A DNA stretch of 64,000 bases, taken from NCBI GenBank assembly GCA_009779935.1, contig WRAX01000002.1, forward strand, positions 10,772 through 74,771, given 5' to 3'. The notes below the pieces were generated by a model that did no database searches, was not told where the DNA came from, and worked only from the letters and a program-made list of their open reading frames with translations. The DNA is from Defluviitaleaceae bacterium (GTDB lineage Bacteria > Bacillota > Clostridia > Lachnospirales > WRAX01). The position numbers and the translations under genes are program-made. Numbering within the stretch: position 1 is the stretch's first letter; the number at the start of each line of letters is the position of its first letter. This document shows, piece by piece, positions 1-7,800 of this stretch.

Positions 1-1
1 T

Positions 2-253
2 GTGGATTTTTTTATAGAGATTAATGAAAAGTATATTGGCTTACAAATTAAGCCCGCAGGTGATGGGATACAGCTTTCCCAAATTTTCAAAGAACGGGAA
101 TTGCAAGAAAAAACCCACCAAAAATTTACAGAAGAGTTTGGCGGGAAGGTGTTTTATATTTATTCTACAAAAATAAATGGCCGTAAAGAGATTGCCAATA
201 TGGATGTTGTTGATGAAATATCTGTTGAAGTGCAACGTTTGGGTGCAATTTAA
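2..253 (+). CDS. MjaI-family type II restriction endonuclease, C-terminal part (truncated by window start)
   Basis: DFFIEINEKYIGLQIKP matches the D-x-IGLQIKP PD-(D/E)xK-like motif I recognise from MjaI-family proteins; AT-rich. Confidence 0.6.
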   Translation: MDFFIEINEKYIGLQIKPAGDGIQLSQIFKERELQEKTHQKFTEEFGGKVFYIYSTKINGRKEIANMDVVDEISVEVQRLGAI

Positions 254-1114
254 TCACACACTACCCGAACCATAGGTAAAGCCACGGCCATGCACATCAG
301 ACACCACATCTGTTACCATAAAAGCTTGCTTATCGTGCTTATCCACAATTTCTTTTAGCTTGCGATAGTCCCCGCTGTCCATGGTAACCATCAGCATGGG
401 CATTTGCTCGTTTTGATAGCTTCCCACGGTGGGTATGGTTGTAACGGATTTGCCAAGCTCTTTCATCACATCAGCCACAATGGCATCGGATTGTTTGCTG
501 ATAATATGCACCCTCTTTTTCTTGCTCATACCATTTTCAATATAACCCATTACAACCATGGTGATGAAAATAGACAGGATGGCGAAGAAAAACGAATCCA
601 CATCAAAAACATACAGACTAAAGATAACCACCGCACCATCCGTAACAAAAAGCCCAATGGATGGCTTTAAGCCGGTATATTTTTGCAATATAAGGGGTGG
701 GATGGCGGTGCCGCCGCTGGATGCCCTGTTTTTATACAAAATGGATACGGCAACACCGAATATAACGCTGCCAACCACCATGGCAAGCATCCTATCCTGC
801 ACCAATGTATGGTTTGGCACAAAATTAATTGCCACAGGCAATAACAATGCGCCGATTACGGTGTTTACAAACACTTCACGCCCAAGGAAAATTAGGGTGG
901 CGATGACAACAATGCCATTACCAATCCACACGCTGATGGAGCGGTCGATTGCCCCTTCGGTGGCGGATTCCAGTATAATAGCAAGCCCTGTTAGCCCGCC
1001 TGCTGCAATTTCGTGGGGTGCCATAAACATATTTACAGCAACCGCAATTAAGGTGATGGAAAAAACTATCCACCACAAGCGGATTACCAGTTGACTCATT
1101 TTGGATTTTGTCAT
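254..1114 (-). CDS. YitT family membrane protein (DUF161 + DUF2179)
   Basis: 286 aa; AGGLTG and ASSGGT motifs, several TM helices, C-terminal D..AF...V.G.GF. Confidence 0.9.
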   Translation of the reverse strand: MTKSKMSQLVIRLWWIVFSITLIAVAVNMFMAPHEIAAGGLTGLAIILESATEGAIDRSISVWIGNGIVVIATLIFLGREVFVNTVIGALLLPVAINFVPNHTLVQDRMLAMVVGSVIFGVAVSILYKNRASSGGTAIPPLILQKYTGLKPSIGLFVTDGAVVIFSLYVFDVDSFFFAILSIFITMVVMGYIENGMSKKKRVHIISKQSDAIVADVMKELGKSVTTIPTVGSYQNEQMPMLMVTMDSGDYRKLKEIVDKHDKQAFMVTDVVSDVHGRGFTYGSGSV

Positions 1115-1184
1115 AAAATCACTCCTTTAGAGTTGAGTTTAATTGAAGCGGATAATATTGTCAAGATTTTTTTGGAGGTGCATT

Positions 1185-1832
1185 GTGGGAAAAGCAGAGC
1201 GGGTAAAAGCGGTTTTGGCTGCACTGGATGCGCATTATCCTTTCGAGGACAAGTGCTACTTAAATTATACCCAAGCCCACGAGCTTTTAATTGCCACAAT
1301 TTTATCCGCACAGTGCACCGATGACAGGGTGAATATTGTAACGGCGGATTTGTTTTCCAAATACCCCACACTGGAAGCCTTTGCAGCGGCGGATTTGGCA
1401 CAAATGGAGCAGGATGTGAAGTCCACAGGGTTTTACCGCAACAAGGCTAAAAACATCATCACCTGTGCCAAGCGGTTGCTGGAAGAATTTGGCGGCCAGC
1501 TACCCTATTCAGTGGAGGAGCTGACAAGTTTGGCGGGTGTGGGGCGCAAAACCGCCAATGTGGTGCGATGCCACATTTTCGGCTTACCCAGTGTGGTGGT
1601 GGATACCCATGTAATGCGAATTTCCCGCCGCTTGGGGCTAACAAAACATAGCGACCCCGTAAAGATAGAATTTGACTTGATGAAATGCCTGCCAAAACAT
1701 AGTTGGATACGCTACAACCACCAAATTATTGCCTTTGGGCGGGAAATTTGTAAAGCACCCAAGGCAAAATGCCACCTGTGCTTTATGACGGAATTTTGCC
1801 CGTCTCATAAAAAATCGCCAAAGGCCAATTAA
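1185..1832 (+). CDS. nth: Endonuclease III (HhH-GPD DNA glycosylase/AP lyase)
   Basis: LIATILSAQCTD, LAGVGRKTANVV, VDTHV and C-x6-C-x2-C-x5-C 4Fe-4S motif; GTG start after GGAGG. Confidence 0.95.
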   Translation: MGKAERVKAVLAALDAHYPFEDKCYLNYTQAHELLIATILSAQCTDDRVNIVTADLFSKYPTLEAFAAADLAQMEQDVKSTGFYRNKAKNIITCAKRLLEEFGGQLPYSVEELTSLAGVGRKTANVVRCHIFGLPSVVVDTHVMRISRRLGLTKHSDPVKIEFDLMKCLPKHSWIRYNHQIIAFGREICKAPKAKCHLCFMTEFCPSHKKSPKAN

Positions 1833-1851
1833 CGATTTTTTTAGATTTTGC

Positions 1852-1880
1852 TTGCTATTGCTTACTTGGTTTGGTATAAT
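1852..1880 (+). promoter_or_regulatory. sigmaA-type promoter of lgt
   Basis: TTGCTA-17 bp-TATAAT with TG extension. Confidence 0.6.
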
Positions 1881-1886
1881 TGCCCT

Positions 1887-2038
1887 TATACCCATTTCCC
1901 GCTAAAATTGCAACAATAAACTTGTCTTTTTGTCCGATTGACCCAGCACGTACTTTTGGGTACGCACGGAACCTTGCTCCTTGCAATCGAACAAAAATAA
2001 TGCGTTTCTTGCAGCGATTTTAGCGGGAAATGAGTATA
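1887..2038. repeat. TATA-ended hairpin dispersed element (ERIC/Correia/RUP-like MITE), copy 1
   Basis: Terminal inverted repeat TATACCCATTTCCCGCTAAAATTGC vs revcomp TATACTCATTTCCCGCTAAAATCGC (23/25); core shared with 51975-52140. Confidence 0.85.
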
Positions 2039-2062
2039 CGACATAACAACGGAGGTTTTATT

Positions 2063-2947
2063 TTGGCTGATATAATTTTTCCAAATCTGGGCATTACTAT
2101 CGAAAATTTGCATAGGGTGGCGTTTTCTATTGGAAATTTTGATATTTACTGGTATGCCGTTTTTGTAATGGTAGGAATTGCGGCGGGCGTGTTTTTTGGT
2201 GCGCATTTTGCACCTAAAAAGACAGGTCAAAACCCCGAAATTTATTTCGACTTTGCTATCTGGGTAATCCCTGCCGCCATTGTGGGTGGGCGGTTGTTTT
2301 ATCTTATTTTTAGCCCATGGCCTGCGGGTGTCGGTTTTTTCCATATTTTCAACATTAGGTCGGGGGGCATTGCCATTTTCGGTGTTATCATCGCAGCCCT
2401 TGCCACCGCCATTATCTTCTGCTGGCGTAAGAAAATTTCTTTTTTTAATTTTGCAGATACTGCCGTGGTAGGTCTTATCATTGGGCATGTTATCGGGCGT
2501 TTTGGCAACTTTACCAATCGGGAGGCCTTTGGCGGCTTTGCTTCCGATAGTGCCCCATTTGCCATGCAAATACGCTTGGACCAAGTGCATAATGCAAGAA
2601 CCGTAACAGATGAAATGCTGAGCAACCAAATAATCCAAGGCGGCTTAACCTATATACAAGTGCATCCAGTGTTTTTTTATGAAGCCGCCATAAACCTGGC
2701 TCTATTTATTTTCCTAAACATATACCGCAAACACAAAAAGTTTGATGGCGAACTTATTGCAATATACTTCCTGTCCTATGGCATAACCCGCTTTTTCTTA
2801 GAAACAATGCGTACGGACCAGTTACACATCGGCGGCACAAACATAGCCATTGCCCATATTATTTCCGCAATTTTGGTGGGTGTTGGCGGGGCAATCCTTG
2901 CCCGTGGATACATTCGCTACTTCAAAAATCGTAAAAAGCCTGCATAA
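2063..2947 (+). CDS. lgt: Prolipoprotein diacylglyceryl transferase
   Basis: IYWYA, IRSGGIAIFG, IGRFGNFTNREAFG, HPVFFYE, RFFLETMRTD motifs; TTG start after GGAGG. Confidence 0.95.
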   Translation: MADIIFPNLGITIENLHRVAFSIGNFDIYWYAVFVMVGIAAGVFFGAHFAPKKTGQNPEIYFDFAIWVIPAAIVGGRLFYLIFSPWPAGVGFFHIFNIRSGGIAIFGVIIAALATAIIFCWRKKISFFNFADTAVVGLIIGHVIGRFGNFTNREAFGGFASDSAPFAMQIRLDQVHNARTVTDEMLSNQIIQGGLTYIQVHPVFFYEAAINLALFIFLNIYRKHKKFDGELIAIYFLSYGITRFFLETMRTDQLHIGGTNIAIAHIISAILVGVGGAILARGYIRYFKNRKKPA

Positions 2948-3000
2948 ATCTTCCCTTATCTGTCAAAAATATTAATGCAAAGCAAACAGGGAGGAATATT

Positions 3001-3150
3001 ATGGGAAAATTTACCAGCGGACTTATTGCAGGTTCTGCCCTTGGGGCTGTAGGCTTAGCGCTTGCCATGAGCGATAAACGCACAAGAAAACGCTTGTTGC
3101 GTGACGGGCGCAAGGCCATAAGCCGTGCCAACGATTTTTTAAGAAGTTAA
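3001..3150 (+). CDS. Small YtxH-like protein (49 aa)
   Basis: GGGAGG RBS; MGKFTSGLIAGSALGAVGLALAM glycine-zipper helix then basic tail; missing from ORF track. Confidence 0.7.
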   Translation: MGKFTSGLIAGSALGAVGLALAMSDKRTRKRLLRDGRKAISRANDFLRS

Positions 3151-3162
3151 GGAGGATTTATT

Positions 3163-3291
3163 ATGTCCAAGAAAAGTACAGCAACTGTGGATTTACACTA
3201 TCACGGCGGTAACGGGAATTTAACGCCTGAAAACGGAAAAGAACTGCCCGACACAGGTAAGAAGAAAAAAGAGAAAAAAGTGTATAACTAA
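3163..3291 (+). CDS. Small basic hypothetical protein (42 aa)
   Basis: AAGGAGG RBS; MSKKSTATVDLHYHGGNGNLTPENGKELPDTGKKKKEKKVYN; followed by a hairpin. Confidence 0.6.
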   Translation: MSKKSTATVDLHYHGGNGNLTPENGKELPDTGKKKKEKKVYN

Positions 3292-3296
3292 TCATC

Positions 3297-3328
3297 GGGG
3301 ACGGCCGGAAACTTTGCGGCCGTCCCTA
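3297..3328 (+). terminator. GC-rich hairpin, probable terminator
   Basis: GGGACGGCCG / CGGCCGTCCC stem. Confidence 0.55.
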
Positions 3329-3347
3329 AATATTTCCAAAATACTTG

Positions 3348-3376
3348 TTGACCTTTTTTGAAATATCATGTACAAT
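3348..3376 (+). promoter_or_regulatory. sigmaA-type promoter of the GGDEF operon
   Basis: TTGACC-17 bp-TACAAT. Confidence 0.65.
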
Positions 3377-3412
3377 AGAATAGAGAAAGACTGACAAAAT
3401 TGAGGTGAGTGT

Positions 3413-4828
3413 ATGATTGAGCTTTTGACAGCCGTAAAACCGCAACTATCATCAAATCCGCTGGAAAATTTGACTATGATTGCCAATACCCTGTCCCATG
3501 CGACGGGTGGTAGTTGTTTTGTTGTCGCATACAAAAGCGGTAATTTTAGGGTTGTTACCCCGAACGCTTACCCCGGGTGTTTTGATGAATGCGACATAAA
3601 GCAATCTTACGCTACCCGCGAGCCTGTCATAAAAGACGGGTTTGTTTGTGTCCCAATAACCCCACAAAACCATCATTTTGATTTTGAAGAGATAGAAGAT
3701 ATGCGCCAATATATTGAAGATATGTACCCAACGGGCTTTGTTTGCATATCCGGCACAATCGCCGACCCCCGTGGCATCTTGGCTGATGTTATGGAGCTTA
3801 ATAACCTAATCGCCACCTGTTTGGAATTTTACACGCACCTGCACGATATTACAACCGACAAACTAACGGGAGCCCTAACCCGTAAATATATGGAGCAAGC
3901 CTTGGAAACACGCCTAAAATCAGATAGTCCCTTTGCCCTAATTATGGGGGATATGGATTTTTTTAAGCATATAAACGACAACTTTGGGCATGCCGTAGGT
4001 GACGATGTTCTGCGCTTTGCAGCGGACAACATACGCAAAAATTTAGGCGAAAAAGGTGTGCTTGGCAGATACGGCGGGGAAGAATTTGTTATCATGCTTG
4101 ATAATGCCGATACCCCTGCCGCCGAAGAATTTGCGGAAAATCTACGCCTTTCAATCCAAGATGCTGATATTTTGGAGGGCAAGCGGGATGTTACCATTAG
4201 CTTGGGCATTGCCGTTTACCCTGCCCACGGCAACACCATAAAAACTTTAACAGACAAGGCGGATAAAGCCCTGTATGTGGCCAAAAACAGCGGGCGCAAC
4301 AAATACCAAACTTGGCAAGATGATTTTGATGCACATACAGTTACAAAAACCCCCGAACAGGAGTTTTTTACAGGCGATGCGGACAAAGACGCCCGGCATA
4401 CACGCTCGCTTTACAAAATAATGTCAATCAGCGCAGGAGATGTGGATGGTGCCGAAAAAATAAGCTTGGTTTTGGACGAAATTGCCAATAACCTTATGGC
4501 GATTGATGTGGCATATTATCCCAAAAACAAACCGCCACACAGGCTTAAAGCATCCAATTTTTTGCAGCACAACCTAAGCTTGGTAGAAAAAACCATGGCC
4601 AAGGCAGAAATATTTTGTGAGGTAGATTGGGACAACAAAAATGTTGATAATAGGGCAGGTTTTTACAATTGGCAATCCGTTATCGTGGTGCCCGCTGTGA
4701 TAAATGGCGAAATTGCAGGGGTTTTATATGTTAGCACATCGGTTGCATCTAAGGCATTTACAAGGGACGAAGCCGGATATGCCTACAATGTGGCACAGCT
4801 TGCGGCAATGATGATGGATAGGGGGTAA
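3413..4828 (+). CDS. Diguanylate cyclase (GAF-like - GGDEF - GAF)
   Basis: DKLTGALTR, DMDFFKHINDNFGHAVGD, RYGGEEF, ADKALY..K..GRN; C-terminal SVIVVP..GVLYV GAF signature. Confidence 0.9.
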   Translation: MIELLTAVKPQLSSNPLENLTMIANTLSHATGGSCFVVAYKSGNFRVVTPNAYPGCFDECDIKQSYATREPVIKDGFVCVPITPQNHHFDFEEIEDMRQYIEDMYPTGFVCISGTIADPRGILADVMELNNLIATCLEFYTHLHDITTDKLTGALTRKYMEQALETRLKSDSPFALIMGDMDFFKHINDNFGHAVGDDVLRFAADNIRKNLGEKGVLGRYGGEEFVIMLDNADTPAAEEFAENLRLSIQDADILEGKRDVTISLGIAVYPAHGNTIKTLTDKADKALYVAKNSGRNKYQTWQDDFDAHTVTKTPEQEFFTGDADKDARHTRSLYKIMSISAGDVDGAEKISLVLDEIANNLMAIDVAYYPKNKPPHRLKASNFLQHNLSLVEKTMAKAEIFCEVDWDNKNVDNRAGFYNWQSVIVVPAVINGEIAGVLYVSTSVASKAFTRDEAGYAYNVAQLAAMMMDRG

Positions 4829-7800
4829 TGGCAATGTCGATTATCAATAACAGATATAGGATAGTGCGCCAGCGCAATGTGGTGCATCCTCAAGTTTCAT
4901 CCTACCTAACCCGTGATATGGCAGATGACAATAAAGAGCGGGTTGTGCATTTGCTGGATGGGGATTTTTTGCCTAATGCGGTGGGTTTTTACAGTAAGGA
5001 ATTTGCCCTATACAAAAATATAAACCATCATTCCATACTAAAAAATTATGATTTGGAGCTGGTGCGCTTTATCGGGGACAAGCCCGCAACCACAACCCAA
5101 TACCTAATTTCTGCGGAATTTGCACCGGATGCGGCACCACTGTCAGGCGCAGCTGTGTATCTTAAACTAAAACCAAACCAAGTTTTGGATACTTTTGTGT
5201 GCCTGTGCCGTGCTGTGGGCTATTTGCATTCCAAAAACATCATACATGGCAATATCCACGCAAATACGGTGTTTATAAACCATACAGGCAACCGTATGGG
5301 GCTTATTGATATGGCGATGACCAATTTATTTTTCAAAGACAAGGCAGATATTTACTTCCAAGCACCCGAAATTTTGGCAGGGGGCGAAGCCAGCGTAAAA
5401 GGTGATATTTATGCTCTTGGTGCTACTTTGTTTTATCTAATTTCCGGCAAAAGCGGCGTAGTAAATTTTAAGAAGGAATTGGAAGAATTTACTATGGCAA
5501 CCAAGCCGGCTATGCAGGCTTTTTTACCAATTATCCAAAAGGCAACAGAAAAAGCAGAAAACCGTTTTGAAACTGTGCCGCAGTTGATAGAAGCCCTAAA
5601 TAGCGCTTTTAATAAGACATTTGCAACCATTGAAGTGGATGAGCTAAGGCACCTGATGCTGGGTGCAGACTTTATCGGCAGACATAGCCAGCTGGACACC
5701 ATAATTAAAAACTTTGACGAAGTGGCTGTGGGCAAATCCCGTGCCCGATATGTGTATATAAGCGGCGTGCAGGGTATTGGTAAATCCACCATAGTCGGGC
5801 AGCTTAAAAACCATCTTAGCTTACAAAATGCCCCAATTTTTGCATCTTTTGACAGTAGGGGCGACAATGCCATGCGTACCATACTGCGCCAAATGTTGGA
5901 TTTGCACACGTCCAAAGCTTATGATGGGGATTTTTTGCAATATATAACCGCCGTGGCAAACGGCACGTCTTTGGAAGGCAGCACAAAATCTTACGGGCAA
6001 AGCTCCATTATGCGGTTTATGTATGACCGTGTTAAGGATGTGCCCGCCATGATAATACTTGATGACATAGAATTTGCCGATTTTAGCACAATAGAGCTTT
6101 TCCAGCGGCTTGCTGCCATTTGCAAAAACCTTTGCCTTGTATTGTCCACCCGCCCTGATTTTGAAAACACAAAACTAACGGAATTTTTTGCGTCCCTAAC
6201 GGATGAAAACCTAATTACCTTAACCCTTGATAATTTAACGAAAGATGAAACAGCAAGGCTGGCAAAAAGCATCCTTGCTGCCGATGAAGTTTCTGACCAG
6301 TTTGCTGATGTGCTGCACAAAAATACAGGGGGCAACCCGCTTTTTGTAGAAGAAGCCCTTAAATCCCTTATGTTGAATGGCACCATCTATATAAATTCCG
6401 AAAACGGATACTGGTATGCCGATTATGAGCGGGAGGATTTCTATAAAATCCCAATACCGCAAAATTTGATGGATGCAGTTAAAAATGTGGCGGACGCCCT
6501 TGAAGGGGATGAATACAGGGTGGTGCAAGCCATTTCTGTTTTTGACAAAATTTTGCCAACAGCAGATATGCTTGCAAGTATTTTACAAACAGATGCAACC
6601 GAGCAATTAGCAAGCCTGTCCAAACAAGGCACTTTAACTGTTCACAGCACAGGTATCGGCCGTGCCACCACCTATGCCATAACTAACAAAGCTCTAAACC
6701 AAGTGGCTTATGATCAAACAAGTGAAGAAGAAGCAAAGAAACTGCATATCCGTGCGGCGGATGTTTTGATTGGCGAAAAAACCCAAACAGACGCAATGAT
6801 GGAAGAAATTGTTTATCATTTGGGTGTGGCCGATGACAATCGAAGGCTGTTAGAGTGGCTGGAAAAAATTGGCGATGCCCACTACAAAGTACTTAACATG
6901 CCAAAGTCCATAGAAATTTATGAAAAGGCCATAAAAATATGCGGCTTGCTGGGTGATGGCGAAAAAGAGATTGATGTAAGGCTAAAATTGCGCCCCGCCC
7001 AAAGGGTTACCAACCTTGTGTCGAAAGCCATCGAAAATATGGAAAAAACAGCAGACATGGCTAAGGATTTGGGTTTGATTGAAAAGCACATCCGGGCGGC
7101 TTCGTCACTAATTAACTTGCATGTTGTATTAAGTAATTTGGAAGCGGCAAAGGCGGTCGCAGCAAAAGTGAAGCCATTTTTCGAAGATGAAGCATTTAGG
7201 CAAAAATATCTAAAAGCTTACGTTGTGTTTAGATATTCTTCTTTTGATTTGCTGCTTACAGATGCAAAAGAAATGCCCAAAGGCATTGCGGATGAAAAGG
7301 CGGGGGAGGAGTTGCGCCGCCTGCAAGCCTTATGCCAAGAAGACTGGCTGGAAGAAAGAATTACTATAGCGGATTATATTAACCGCCACCACTCCCTTCT
7401 CGGCGAATATGCAAAATGTGCGGAAATTTTGACAGAAGCCATAGAAATGTGCCGCAAAAGCGGGGATACAAGGCTGGAGTCCGTATTCCTCTCCAATCTT
7501 GCTATCAACCATATCCATACAGGGCAGGGCAAGTTGGGATATCAAATGGGGATGGAGCAACTTTCAAGCGGCTTTACCCAGCCCAATTTGAAGATGGAGC
7601 TGGTAATGATTTTGGCGATATGTGACTATGTCTTTTTTTTCCGGGTGGATGATGCCCTGATGAAATTAAAAGAAGCCCAAAATGAAGGCATGCTTATGGG
7701 GCTGGATATTTATACTTCTGATAACATTATCACAGTGCAGAGTGTTATGCTGGAGCGTAGCATGTTTACGCAAATACACGGTTTTGCGGAACTTTATTTG

